A stretch of DNA of 64,000 bases from Amoebidium appalachense (Eukaryota > Protista > Ichthyosporea): the NCBI GenBank assembly GCA_963693365.1, contig CAVNZM010000008.1, forward strand, positions 6,830,830 to 6,894,829. The letters are read 5' to 3'. Position numbers and translations under genes: made by a program. Numbering within the stretch: position 1 is the stretch's first letter; the number at the start of each line of letters is the position of its first letter. Shown here one piece after another: positions 1 to 30,211 of this stretch. Below the pieces are notes generated by a model. That model ran no database searches. It saw nothing but the letters and a program-made list of their open reading frames with translations, and was not told the origin of the DNA.

Positions 1-9196
<9,196 letters not shown>

Positions 9197-10041
9197 ACTG
9201 GCATCACATATGGATGAGTCAATGTTGAGTGTAGGAACAACAAGACACCATGAATGACGTATTTGCTTCACTGGGTGTCCTTTTGTTTTCGTTTTGGCGG
9301 TGGTTTTGTGTTTTAGAAGGGGAGGGGAAAGGAGGTGGGAGAGGGGCGGAAAGGAGGGGAGGGGGTAGGGGGGAGGAGGAGGGAGGGATACATAGTTCCG
9401 ATTATGTTATGGTATGAACGGGTTAGATCAGATGAAGTGTTGAAGTAGCAAAGCAACAATCTGAAAGGCGCAAGCATGAAGTGATATGATGACATCTGAT
9501 ATGATAGAAAGTCCATGTGCCGTACATAGCAGGCCATGTATCTGCTGGTGTGTTTGAATGCATGCTTGCGTCTCTACATATATCGTGGTGATGAAGTTAG
9601 TGTGTGGGGGTTGGAGTTATGACGTGTGTACTTATGAATGGTGGGCTGTGGCTACGGTAGGCATAATGCATGAAAATGTAGTGTTTTTGAATTTTACGCG
9701 TACAATTGAAGATTTGATTGGCCGAATGATGTATTTAAATATGAACGAATGGGCATGTCGACCTTCAGGAGACGGCCATGGTGAAGAGAGAATTTTGGTG
9801 TTTATTGTGCACGCCATTATAATATATGAGCCAATGAAACAGCAGCAATAAAATGCAAGCTAAATTCAGCCATCGAAGCTATAATCATCATATCATGGAA
9901 TCAGGCACCTATGAACTCTGGGACCTGTACCCTCCTCCCCCCCCCCCCCAACACACACACACATGCACACACATGCACTGTGCGCACATCACCACCACGT
10001 ACCACCACCACCATGCACACAAGGAAAAGGTAAGGAAGGAA

Positions 10042-10089
<48 letters not shown>

Positions 10090-10090
10090 T

Positions 10091-10492
10091 GGATTAGATG
10101 ATGTAGCTTTTTGCATTAATTGTCGAACAACCCACTGGAACATATATGACCCCAAACCTTGCAAGGGGATCCGGCCTTGCCGCCGCTATGGTTGCATTAA
10201 TTCTGCATGCTGATCTGCCAAGGTGCCATTGTTTGTAGCCACGAGTTGCACATGTGGCGCCCAAGGCCACAATCTGAGACCTGGAATGTGCTTGGCCCAA
10301 TATGGCAGGACCACGTGCACGGTGGCCGTGGCTGCCCCACCACTAAATGTGCCGTCGACGCCAACGATGTGGCCCCCAGGTGCAACGGCACATTTGAACT
10401 TGCAAGTGCTATCATAATGTTCCAGTGCGGCCGCGCCATCAAGCATGGGGCCAATAAAGGCCAATATGGCAATCTGTACGTGGTGACCTACC
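10091..10492 (+). pseudogene. Degenerate Cys/His-rich coding fragment, possibly a GCM-like Zn-binding domain or transposase relic
   Basis: Complex non-repetitive sequence reading HWNIYDP.. (frame change) ..ICQGAIVCSHELHMWRP..GCPTTKC..RCNGTFEL..QCG. This loosely resembles GCM 'W-AMRNT..SCLGVVVC..LRP..CP..C-G-L-L--C'. Visual match only. Confidence 0.25.
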
Positions 10493-11596
10493 TGTGCCAT
10501 ATATACATCTTGACCTATAATCCTGCCCCCTTCCCCCCCCCCCCCCCCCCCCCCTTTCTCCCTCTCCCTCTCTCTCTCCCCCCCTCCCCCTCCGGGCCCT
10601 CCCTCCCCCCCTCCCCCCCCCCCCCCCTCCCCCCGCTCTCCCAAGTTATGTCCCTTACACCTACTCCAAATTAGCTGCTCGCCCCCCCCCCCCCCCCCTC
10701 CCCCCCCCCCCCCCGCTCTCCCCCCTTATGTCCCTTACACCCACTCCTAGCTGATCGCCACCCCCTTTTATACACCACCACCATCACTTCCTTCCAGATC
10801 GCTACCACCACCACCGCGTATTACTACACATGATCCCACCATGTGCACCCCACCTATACGTCATGCAAAAGAATGATTATGAGAACCGGTGGATGACCGA
10901 GAAAAGAAGAGATCTAATCTTAGATTAGTTCACCCATGGTCACGTGCATTTACATGCATGCAAAAACAACTTCCTCGGCGCATCTGTTGTACAGGGTGCG
11001 TTTGTCATCGAGGGTTTGTGGAGTAAAGTTGTGGCGGGAAGGGATTGTGGCCGTGGTGTGTGTGTGCGGTACCTTGTACGTGTGCCTCTATGTGCTGTAT
11101 GGTGCATGTCTATGTGTGACTACGTGCAATAATAATTTGTGTCGTTGTATGTCTGTGGCCGGACATGTGGCTTACTGCCAACCGTTCACACCACAATCAA
11201 AAACCCATACGGTGTGTTGTGGCCCCGGGGTGGTGGCTTACTCAACGTCAGAACTGATCTTGTATGTACATATGCATGGCTCAGCCTAGGGTGGGAGTTG
11301 AATAGAGATACTATCATACAGTCCAATGCTATGCCTATACATGTGTGTGTGTAAGCTCTGAGAGATTCTAGCTGGGTGACACCTGCATGGGAGCCATTTT
11401 GATGACCTGAAGCATACACACATATATGGCCGTGCGTGACCTAGAACTGCAAGCAGATGATATACATGGCGTCCATATTTACATAACAAAAACCCATATA
11501 TACATAGCCCGTTCCCTATCCCACATTCACCCACCCTTCACAATATATCCACACAACACAATTCCTATAGAAAAATCTTCCTACCGCTGTGCCCCC

Positions 11597-17467
<5,871 letters not shown>

Positions 17468-18963
17468 TGAGTGGTGGGTGAGTATGTGTTAGCTATGATC
17501 CGAACGAGGATTTGGGGGGGGAGGGGGACATTCTCTGTACCGGAAAAGCGGGTGTGCTTCAACCCTAAGCCACCGTGACTACAGTTTCCTGCATGGCGCA
17601 CGGCACCACACAACATAGTGCACTGTTTGTGCCATCCAAACCAGTGTGTTTGCAATCTGCCATATATGGTCACTGGATCATGCAAAGTGCAGCCCACCCT
17701 GCCTTTTGACCAGATAATGCTTCAGCCAACCACATTGTGTCCTGGCTCCCCCCCATCAGTTTTCTTTTTCCGTTTCGCCTCGATCATCAGAGAGTCCCTA
17801 GGCCTTTACGCAAGAACCTCCATCCCCCCCGCCCCCTCCCCCTTCCCCCCTCCCCCCCAAACACACAAACACACACACAGCCTTCCTCCTGTTCCGAACA
17901 ATCCAACTTTCCCACCACACCCCAAAATAGCTAGCCGAGTCCAATCGTTCCATGCACATATGTCCCCACCACACCGCCATGTTGCCTTAATCCACCCTGT
18001 GTTCCCTCGTGTCCATCTCACCCTCTCCCCTTTCCATTCCCCCCCCCCCTCCCCCCTCCCCCCCCCCCCCTCTTCCCCTGCCTTCACCTCCTCCCTCCCT
18101 CCCTCTGTCAACGTACAATCCCCTCAGCCACCTCACCTTCCCCCCCCCCCCCCCCCCCCCTCCCTCTCTCTCTCCCCTTCGCCCTCTCTATGTCTCTCTC
18201 TCTCTCTGTGTGTGTGTGTGTTGTGTGTATTTGTGTGTGTGTGTGCTCTGTGTGTGTGTGTGTTCTTCCTGTACCACCACCACACCATCTGAGTTCTCCA
18301 TGATACCTCATATTCACTGCCCCCTGTGCCCCACCACCAAGCTTCTGTTCCCTCTACCCATATCCAGCTGTTTTCAGGTCGTGTAGAATGGTTGATTAGG
18401 ATTCCGTCACTGCTGCCAATGCTTTCCTTATTGGGAATAATTCCATAAGCCTATATGTGCTCTGCACTCCTCCCCTCTTCCCCCCCCCCTCCTCCCCCCC
18501 AATCCTCCCCCCCCACGTCCCATCCCTTTCTACTCATCATAGGCTCCTTTCCTCAAATCTTCCTCTCCCACCCACCAACCTTCATCCCTCCACCTCTCTC
18601 TCTTTCTCTCTCTCGTTCTCCCATCTTTGCTCCTTAAATCTCCTCTTTTTGTGTAACACACATTTTTCTCTTTAGCTTACTCTCTCAGGCCCTTACTCCA
18701 CCTGCATATAGACACAAACACACCCACACACACGCAGAGGCTCTCCTTCTCCCCAGGGCCCAATTTCTCTCCAACTCGTCTGCGCCTCCTTCCCTGCTCT
18801 TATCTCTCCTCTTCAAAGTTTTCATCCACCAAGCCATCCTCTCCCCTTCTCCTCTTACCTGTCTTCGCCTGGCTGTCGTCTCGCGGTCACCTCCACTCTG
18901 CACAGCAAGCGTCTGCCGCTTGTCCCTCGCATGCACCCCAGGGCCCCACCACCCATCTGGGCT

Positions 18964-19748
18964 TTAGCTTGAGCCCGTTTCATCAAACGATCCTGTCCAA
19001 CAACGAGTACATAAACCTCGACCAGTGTGTGGAATTTCACGTGTCGCCGACGGCTTTATGCTGTCGACATCTTCCTCTTGGTGCAACACATGTGCCTGTC
19101 ATGGAACTAATGCGATCAACGGGTTACTTCAGTCTTCTACCTTTTTTTTTTTTTTTTTTTTTGCCCCAAGGAAGGGGGGGGGGGGGGGGGGGGGGGGGGG
19201 GGTCGTCGTCAAGATCAGCCATACAGACAGTTACTGCACACAAAGCAGTGGCAGGCAAACACGAGACATGTGCCTTTGTATTATGAACCTTCAAAAGGTG
19301 CCACCAAGCTCAACACTAGGCACTGGCATGTGTGGTGGGTTGGGACCAGGCAAAGGGGCATCCCTTGAACTCTAACGGCCTGGGCTAGTCTTTAAGAAAC
19401 ATGATACAAAGAATCAGTTATGTTTTTTGGTGCGTGGTTTAAAACTAATAAAAATTTATGAGAGTCCACTTAATTTGCGTGGATGGGCCATTAAGTTTCT
19501 TTTGAACAGGGAAGAAACTAACAAGGGGCACACTGCCACCACCCACAACCATAGCTATCATAATAATCTATCGCAGAGCCATACGTACATGCCCACACCC
19601 CTACCCGAGAAAGTAACTCTAAAAATTAAAGGAGAGGCCAAGACCAGCTTGGCCACACAATGAGCAGAACACTTAAAGAAACGAGGTCATACACACATTC
19701 ATCTATCTGCGTCTCATAGTGCTCTCGTGTGTGTGTGTGTGTGTGTGT

Positions 19749-19790
<42 letters not shown>

Positions 19791-20159
19791 CACTCACGTG
19801 CCCCAGTGTGTATGCGTGTATGTATTTGGGGTGTGTGTGTGTGTGTGTGTGTACATGTGTGTGTGTAGGTAGATGCGATGACGTATGTTTGTTCATGTGT
19901 ATATACGTGCAAGTGTGTGTATGCTACTTTAGTGCAGTGCAAATCCATGGCCCGTCACCTGTACGTAGGTGGTCTTTGTTGCTGTGACGGTCTGATGGCC
20001 TGCAGCATGCCTGCAGATGCAACCTGCAGCCCAACTGTATATCAGCATACAGGCACACACCATGCATGCAGGCACACACCATGCCACCATGCCACGGATA
20101 CTCATTACACCCCCCCCCCCCACCCCCCCCCTCCCCTCTATCGTACGGATACCCAATAC

Positions 20160-20197
<38 letters not shown>

Positions 20198-20811
20198 AAC
20201 CCCACACACCACACCACCACGTCTCTACTCAAATAGCCACCCTCCCCTTCCCCTTCCCCTTCCCTCCCCTCCCCCTCACCTTTAAGATATGCTCACCATC
20301 CAAGTGTGATGTTTAAAAGGTGTGTACCTTGACATCTTTGTGTGGATGGGGGAAGGGGGGAAGGGAGGAGGGGGGAGGGGGGGGGGGGGGGGGGAGGGGG
20401 AGGGAGGGGGGCACAAGCTTACCCTTGGGATGGTTGCCTGCTGCAGTGAGGGGTAGCTGATGCTGCGCACGTGCATGCCCTGGGGGGCAGCAACGGGTGG
20501 GGGTGGGGGCACGGTGGGCAGGGCAAAGGGCATCTGCATGGTAAGGGGGGTGGGGGCTGGGGGCACAATGGGATGCATCTGGGGGGTCACGTGGTGGGCG
20601 GGTAGCGCCGGGGGGGGCAGGGGGGGTGGGCCCATGGAGAGGGGGGTGCCTGCAGAAAGGATTTTGTGTGTGAGATGCCAATGCCTTGCAAGGCAGCAGG
20701 GCCACCAGGGGGGTGCTGCACACCAGACGCAATGCACTCCCACATACAACTCATCCCCCTCCCCCCCCGCCCAATAAACAATCATAAAGTTAAACGTCGC
20801 GACAAAGTTAA

Positions 20812-20843
<32 letters not shown>

Positions 20844-20855
20844 ACACACACACAC

Positions 20856-20893
<38 letters not shown>

Positions 20894-22364
20894 GCCCCTA
20901 TCAATTCCATCACACCCCACCTTCCTTCCCGGATACAGCTGCATCTTTGAACCCACAATCAGAAGCAGCCCCCCCCCCCCCCCCCCTTCCCATAACCATT
21001 CTCTCCCCCTCCCTCTCCCCCCCCTCCCCCCTCCCCCACTTGTCCGGGGGAGGCAGTGTAACTAGGAAAGTCACGAAGGGGAGGAAAGACAGGCTGGTTG
21101 AATCGGCCGTGTGGTAATGACCGTGAGGGGGGTAGAACCACGGCGGACGTAGCAGTAAGCACAGAGAGAAAAGAAGGGGGCACGAACGAAAGTAGTAAGA
21201 AATGCACTCACCCACCCACCCACCCACCCACACACGCAAACACACATACGGCACCACGACCAAATCCTTTACCCCATACCAAACTCCCCAGCATTCTTAA
21301 GGCATCCACCCAACACCATCAAACCTATCTCCCCCCTCCCCCTCCCCCCCCCCCCCCCCTCCCCCCCCCCTCCCCATCACCATCACCATCACCATCACCA
21401 TCACCACCACCACCATCACCAAACCCACCCACCCACATATGGACACACCACCCCTCCCTCTTTTCCCACGAACAAAAAAAATGCCAAGAGAAGGGATCAC
21501 AAATAGCACCAATGACCCCGACATACCTGAGCCTGAGCAAATGTAGCCAGGGCAGCAGCCGTGGCAGCATCGAACTGAAAGCCCACCTGTTGTTGGCCCA
21601 TGACTGGCTGGCTGCTTGCATACAGCCGCTGCGAGAGTTTGTGTAGCGCCATGCTGGCACACTCCTTGAGTTGCTGGTTCTGTAAAAGGGTCGTGGGTGT
21701 GGGTAATAAACGCAGTGAGAAAGGGCCACACAGCAAATGTATCACTGTGTGTGGGTGTTTTTTTTTTTTTTTTTTTTTGGGGGGGGGGGGGGGGGAGGTT
21801 TGAGTGTGTGTGTTTTGAGTGTGTAGACGGTTATAGAAGGGGAAGGGGGGGGGGGGGGGGGGGGGGGGGGTTTCAATGTGACGTCGTCGTTGAACCACAT
21901 TGTGGAGGGCATGCCTGAGGTGCTGATGTAAACTAAATCCAGCTTAGTTCTCACCTCCCGTGCCGTTGTGTGTGGCCCACGTGCTCAATAAACAACCGCC
22001 TCTTTCAACTAATGACTTTAATCTACCGTGCAGTTGAGAGTGACCGACATGGTAAACGACATGCCTATGGTCTCTATTTTAATTTTTAATTTTGACTTTT
22101 AAAACCTACCGTGCAGTTGTGGATGAACCACGTGGTGAAGGACATGCCCATGGCCTCCGGCCTGTCGACTTGTACTGTTTGCACAAACCCTTCCAGAAGA
22201 CACTCGAACATGGTGTGGAACTGGGGGGATACATGTGAGCATATGTGGTGTGGAACGGGGGGGGGGGGGGGGGGAGGGGGGGGGATAAGCGAGCAGTTGG
22301 TTGGAGACTGGAGGCAACATGTGAGGATACCACAGGCAGAAACAAGACTGAGATGGTAGCAGAT

Positions 22365-22395
<31 letters not shown>

Positions 22396-22728
22396 GCTAA
22401 GTGCCCTCTAAGGACCCAAAATGCCAGCGCATGGGTATCGGCCTACACCAGGCCCGTGTGGGTAGATACGGTAAGGTGCGTGCAGTGTGGTTGAAGGAGC
22501 CCGCATGCACGTGGGTGCGTGTGTGTCCGTGTGTATGTTTGTATGCGTGCCTGTACCCGGGTGTGTGCACACCTGTGTGCATGTGCATGTGTGTGTGCGA
22601 TGTGTGTGCTACTTACAACAAAGAACTTGATGTTGTTTGCATTTGATTGGATGTAGTCGTGGTACATGCGACTGGCTGGGACGCTGTCGGCATCGGGTTG
22701 CCTCAGGCCCCCCACATTCTGCAGTTGG

Positions 22729-22772
<44 letters not shown>

Positions 22773-23302
22773 TGTGTTTCTGAGTCAGCATTTGCAAGGG
22801 CAACATTATCTGTGATATGGTCTTATCAGAGACCACATGTTTCAACGGTCGATAGTCACCAGGTAATGCAACGACAGCAACCAAACCCACCCACATAAGA
22901 TAGAAGTCATGGCATGACATATTGGCTAGCACCCAAAGCCAACGCAGCAACACAAGTGGTCGATAGACCTGCCCACCCACATGCTACTGCCCCGTGACAG
23001 CGCAGACCCCTGCCTTGGTTCTTGCACACATCCACCTTCGAGCGTCCTTGCTAACCTCTTAGGAGCACAAAGAATAAACGAGCCACCAACTCTGCTAACC
23101 AGTTGGCACTAAGAAGCAGCTGTGCGGCACACCTTGAGGCTATGTATCTGCTCCACTCTTAGTCGATACTATGAATCCAATTAGTCACTGGCGGAGGGAA
23201 TTCTCCGTGCAGTGCTATTGCAACCTTTGAATGAGATGACAAACATCCCCCACCCCCCCTCCCCTCCTAAACACACACACAGGCGCGCACACACACACAC
23301 AT

Positions 23303-23344
<42 letters not shown>

Positions 23345-25715
23345 AGGCACACACACACACACACACCCACCCACCCACACCCACCCACCCACCCACCCAC
23401 CCACCCGCCCACCCACACCCACACTCACGCACATACACCCACGCACAAGCACACGCACACCCCCACCTCATGCTGATCTGCAGCATGTTGATCTCAGCCC
23501 TCAGCCTGTTTGCCTCCTCGGCCAGTTGGTACCGCTGCATCTCCAGCAGCTGGATGTGCTCGATGCCTTTGGGGGGGATAAGCTCGTGCTCAGTGCACAT
23601 GTCATGGACCTGCACACCAGACACCCGTGCATGGCGCGCACACACACACAACCATTCTCACTGGTGACACCACACCCTGGCTCATGGCACGCTGGTGCCC
23701 CATCTCCACCAATGCCCCTGTGTGTGTGTGCCTGCAGCAAGTGTGTTTGTCTACCACTGTAATGTGTTCTCCTGGTATCTACGGTCTGAAGTGTGTGCCT
23801 GCATCACACATGCCGGTGGCACATATGTATATGCGCATGCACGTGTATGTGTATGTGTGCAACGATAGGCCTTGGGTGTGTGATACTGTGTATGCACATG
23901 TGCGCGTGTGTGTGGCGCAAGTGCGCCCATGTGTTTGTGGCTGATCTAGGTGCTTGAATGTATGTGCCATTGTACATATGCTTGTAACGCGTGTGCCTGT
24001 GTGTTTCAGCGTGCATCTGTGCACAAGTGCAGGGAGTGTGTGTAAGTGCATAGGGGGTGTGCATATGTACAAGGTTGTGCGCACGTGCAGGGTGTGTGTG
24101 CACGTGCAGGGTGTGTGCACGTGCAGGGTGTGTGCACGTGCAGGGTGTGTGCACGTGCAGGGTGTGTGTGCACGTGCAGGGGGTATGTGCACGTACTGCG
24201 CTGCAGGATCATGGCCTTGGAGACCTTCTGATTGGGTGCCCGCACCTGCAGGGTGGGGATGGCATGTGATAGCTCCTCAAACCCCATCTGCAGGCCACAT
24301 GTGTCAGCCATGGGCAGCACCACACACAAAACACACAGCATGCACATGAAACAAGTTGGAGTCCAATCATGAACAATGCATCATGGAGAAGTTTCCAGAA
24401 TACGCACAACGGAGAAGTAAGGTGTCATCCACAACTTCGGGAATTTATGGCTTCCCACTAGTGCTCAATCATTTGCTAGCCTATCGGGCCCCATGGCTTT
24501 CAGCGAATCAGTGCACTGGTGTTCTGTTTGACACTTACACACCAGACCCTAGTGAGTGCATATTTAGCATATCTGACATGCAGGATACTCTGCCAAAGTC
24601 CCTGTGTGGTCCCACGCAACCACCCTTGATGCTATGCCCCAGCACCCAAGCATGGCCAAGGTTGTCTGCATCCGTACCTCTCACTGGTCACCTCACATGT
24701 GCATACGAGCATTATAGACATATTGGGGGGGGGGATGTTGTACCCGGATGTTGTTTCTTCGCTTCTGCTCGGCAAGGATGTGTGCTGTCCGTTTGGCCTC
24801 CTGGGGATAGCACCGTGAGACTGCTGGTTTATACTCACCCTTACACACAGGCACATACACACAGACACGCGTGCACACACACACAGGCACACACAGGCAC
24901 ACATGCATGCATGCATGGACGCACACACAAACACGTCCACACCCACATCCCCCCACACAACCACACACTTTCCACCACACAACACACCTTTCATTATGTA
25001 ACCCATGGTTCCTTTTCTTCTTTCTGCCTCCCTGCTATTTCATGGGAGGGTGTGTATACTGTGGGGGCTTAGAATACTCTCATGTACTGCACGTTAGGGG
25101 ATGGAGAAAGGGGGAGGGGAGGAGGGAGGGGGGGGGGGGGGTTGATACGCAGTGGTAAATGAGGAGTACGGAGTCGACGTAGAGAGCAGGGGGGCATGAA
25201 AGGTCTGGAGGGGAGGACCAATCGGAAAAATATCGAGAGAGGGGGGGGGGGGGGGGGGGGGGGGGGGGAGCTTGTGCTACAGAGACCCGAGTACACATGC
25301 CCAGCATACAGCACCATGCAGACATTGCATGCCAGGGCATACGGGTATGTGCAATCACAGAGCACTAAGGGCATAGATGGCACACTCACAGCGTGAGTCA
25401 TTGCTGCCTCGTCGTAGTCATCGTGTCCCTCCTCTTCCTCGCTGCTCTCACCCCCCACAAACCAGTCCACCCTCTCTCTGCTGCCGTCCTGCCCCCCTGC
25501 CTCAACCTTCACCCCGTTACTGCCGTAGGGCTGCGCCCTCACGTCCCCCTGCGTCTTGATCAGCTCCTGGGAGCTGAGACGTGACGTCATGCCCTCGGGG
25601 GTGGCCGGCTGGCTGCTGGCAAAGGACCGGTTACTGCGCAGCTGCGAGGTGGGCTGCTCCATGCCTAGCTTGTCCTGGGGGGAAGGGGGGGGGGGGGGGG
25701 GGGGTCAGTGTACGG

Positions 25716-25806
<91 letters not shown>

Positions 25807-26063
25807 GAGGGGGGGGAGAGGGAGCATGTGTGTGTGTGTGCGTGTGTGTGACAGAGAGAAAGAAGAGAGAGGGGGGGGGGGAGAGAGAGAGAGTGTGTGT
25901 GTGGGTGAGAGGGGGAGGGAGAGGGAGAGGCAGAGAGAGACAGAGATAATGTGAGAGACAAAGAGAGAGAGTGTGTGTGTGAGCGAGAGAGAAAGAGGGA
26001 GAGAGAGAGAGGAGGAGGAGATGGGGAGAGGGAGAGAGAGGGAGGGACGGAGAGGGAGAGAGA

Positions 26064-26094
<31 letters not shown>

Positions 26095-27098
26095 ATGGGA
26101 GTGTGGAATGCATTGTGGGATTGTTTCGTGAAGTGTTCGATTGTGCCTCAGAGAAAGGGCACACACGAAGGAAGCCTGGGCACAGAGGGCCCAACGTACT
26201 TAGCAGGCACGTGCTGGGGCGACAGCAAGCTGAAGGCATGAGAGGGCAGCCCAGCCAGGGAGACTATACAAAAGGCACATAGCTTCATTCACGTTGCATG
26301 CACACACACACTCTCGCATGCGCACGCATACATGCCAGCAGAAAGCACATGCACCCACAAACTCAGGCACACACCACAAGCGCTCCCCCCCCTCCCCCCC
26401 CCCCCCCCCCCCACCCACCCACGCACACTTACCATGCTATCGGGCACACTCTCCCCCTTCCATGTCTTTGGCCGTGGCTGCCCGTATGGTGCTGCCCTGC
26501 TCTCCGCTTGCCGCCGTGTGCGCTCAATCTGGACAACCAAGGTCAGTAAGGGCACAACAACACTAACCCCCCCCCCCCCTCCCCTCTCCCCCCCCCCCAA
26601 AAAAAATATATAAATAAATAAAATAAAAATAAAAAGAATGAAAGAAAAATTGAATACATGGATACGCACAGACGTGCACACACATGTGGACACATGTTTG
26701 CACCTAAAGAGATGTAGGCTTGCATACACAAACGGACAAAGCCATGCACACAAACACACAGACATGAGAACACACACAGATATGACACACCTACAGGCAT
26801 GACATACACACCCACACCCACACCCACACCCACACACACCCCTGCGCCCGCGCCCGCCCCCCCCCCCCCCCCCCCCCCCCCAACACACACACACACATAC
26901 CCACACCCACACCCACCCACCCACCCGCCCACCCACCCACCCACCCACCCACACACACATGTGTGTTTCTCCTGCTGCCCCCATCCTGCTGCTGCTGCTG
27001 CACGGCACTGAGGTCTATTGGTTTGGTGTGGGCCACGTGCAGCCCGGGGAATAGCTGCTGGTCGATAAGCTGCGCTGAAAGGAAGTCGTGGTACGAGG

Positions 27099-27171
<73 letters not shown>

Positions 27172-27207
27172 GCATGTGTGTATGTGTGTGTATGTGTATA
27201 TGTGTAA

Positions 27208-27267
<60 letters not shown>

Positions 27268-29422
27268 AGGTGATGGTGGGGAAGAGGGAGGGAGGGAGGG
27301 GGGGGGGGGGGGGGATGTGTGCGCGTTCAAGTGGAGAAGCGTGTGTCTTATGTGGTGTGTGCGTGTGTGGTGTGTGCTGGTTTTTATGTGTATTCCGGAG
27401 GACGTTATGTGTGCTTGTGTTGTGTATGTGTTTTGGGGGTTGTTGTTGTTGGAGGGGGGGGGGGGGGGGGGGAGGGGCAGGAGGACGGGGAACCAGCCAG
27501 TGAGTCAGTGAGACAGGGGGAGGAAGAGCTTAAGTGAGTTATAGCTGGGTGGGATTGAGTGAGGGGATGCATGGGATGGGGGAAGGACAGAGGGGTTTAG
27601 TCGGGAACATGGGTGTTAGCACACAACACAAGGCTCCCAGGTAGTACAGCGTGCTTGGTAGACGTGGTTATGTCGATGGGCATTTCAATACAATGGACGT
27701 CCACGTACCCGAGGTGCTGCTCCTCAGCAGGTTGCTGACGTTTTTAGGCTGGGTGTACTCTTTGGGCATCACCGAGTCCAGGTCCATCAGCCCGGTGTCT
27801 GCAAACACGTGGTCAGATAGCACATGCTGCCTGCCAACCATGTGCACATCATGCACGCACACATGCACAATGTCAACACACCCATATACCACCGTGTGCA
27901 CAACCATCACCACCACATCCATATCCCTATACCGAACACACGCACATAACCACATGCACCCGACCACCAACAACATCAGTATATACCCCCACCTACCTCT
28001 CTGCTGGGCCATGGGCAGGGTGGAGAACAAAGTGTCGGGGATGGTGTCCATCAGGTCGTTGATGTTGCCCAGCTCCTAAAGGCACAGTCAGTAAGGGCGC
28101 AGGCACAGGCACAGGCACAGGCACAGACAACAAACACCATCCAAGCTACGCATTGGCAGCCCCGACTGCTGAGAGCAATATCTTTGCCGGTGAACCTCCC
28201 ACAAAAAACATCAAAGACAGGCCCAAGGGGGGGGGGGGAGGACTCACAAAGTCGTTGAGGTTCCAGGCATCCAAAAACATCTGAGCAGGCACGGGGGTTA
28301 GTCCACAGCCCCTTATACACGGTGGCAGGGTGTGCCTGTGCACTGCACGTGCCAAGGTGGCCACCAGGAACACCACATGCCGCATGCCGGGCACACACAC
28401 ATGTATGTGTGTACGTGAGAGTGGGCACGAGGGTGTGTGACCGTGTGCATGTGTGCTTGTACGGGCTTAGCTGTGTGTTGGTCTGCATGTGCATGTGCTT
28501 GTGTCTACTATCAGGCTTGCACACAAATGTACGTGCACTACCCGTCCGTCTGCCTGCACGTGCATGCAGGCATCTTTCCCAGGACTCTGTTGTGATTCTA
28601 TTGCCTGCATGTATACAGCACACATACACACAAACACAAACACAACACACACGTACTCACACATCTACACGCGCGCGCGTACAAACACACACACACGCAC
28701 ACGCGCACGCGCACGCGCACACGCACACGCACACGCACACGCACACGCACACGCACACGCACACACCCACCCACACTCGCATCTGCGAAAAGTCACGTGA
28801 CCGAACATAAATGGAATACGGCTTTCGCGGACCGCGTATTGTTTCATTTATGTTTTCTATGTTTTCTCCGTGATAACCTTGTGATGTTTTCTTCGCAACA
28901 CATGCGCCAGAGGCACGAAAGAGTTTTAGGACAGCACAGTAGAGAGACAGGCCTATCTCCTGTTGTTAAGACATGCCCCGTTTGTCAGGCATCAGCCGCA
29001 GTCGGCCGGCGATTAGCTACTCGCACCTTGGCCTGCAGGCTCTTGTAGTGGGCCACACTTTCACTGCTTCCAAAGCAACGCTGTTCATGAGGACACAAAC
29101 GGGGTGCCCTTCCATATTGACGGACCTATTAATGACTTAAAAAAGCTTTTTTTGTAAGGCACAGGCTACTAAAAACTAGCCAGTTTTTAAAGCTTCAAGT
29201 AGATCGCCACTGTGAAGGCAACATTCATAACTTTCGGCACTGCCTAAATATTATCTGGCCGTGGCACTCTCCGTGGCACCACCTGTGGCACAAAGCCACT
29301 GCGCCACCATCCAGTGGTTTAAACGCACCAAGCCAATGAGCACGCATAAATGCACCAAACATGCGCACACACAGCCATTTCGTGGGATCCGTGCATGCAC
29401 ACACATGCTAGATCCGGGGATT

Positions 29423-29495
<73 letters not shown>

Positions 29496-29608
29496 CCAGG
29501 GACTAAAAACGCACAACGCCAACGAGCACGCATAACTACACCAAAAACATACATACACTGCCATTGCGTGGGATCCGTGCATGCACTCACATACTTGATC
29601 CGGACGTT

Positions 29609-29655
<47 letters not shown>

Positions 29656-29954
29656 CGCGCGCGCGCGCACACACACGCACACAGGTACACACTCGCATAC
29701 ACAGGCACACGTCCACTTGCACCATACAAACGCTCATGCACACACATACTCCTGACCCCTCTCAATCTCTACCGACCCCTCTCAATCTCTACCCCGCTTG
29801 CTCTCTTCCAACCCGTCCTCCCCCCTCCCTCCCCCCCCCCCCCCCCCCCCCTTCCCCCCCTCACCCCCCCCGGGCACTCCGTAGGCCCTCACAGCCTCTC
29901 AGAGCAATCTTTCTCCGTGTCATGTATGCAAGTTTTCTTTCCGTTATCAGACTC

Positions 29955-29986
<32 letters not shown>

Positions 29987-30160
29987 CCTGCCCGCCGCCC
30001 TCCTCTCTTCCCCTCCCTCCGTCCCACCTCCCGCCCCGCCATCCGATCTCTAACTCCGCCCTAACTTTCATCTCTCTCTCTCTCTCTGTGTGTGTGTGTC
30101 TCTGTCTTCGAGGCTCTCTCCCTCTCCGTCTCTTCTCCCCCAAGCCCTGTCTCTCGATCT

Positions 30161-30211
<51 letters not shown>

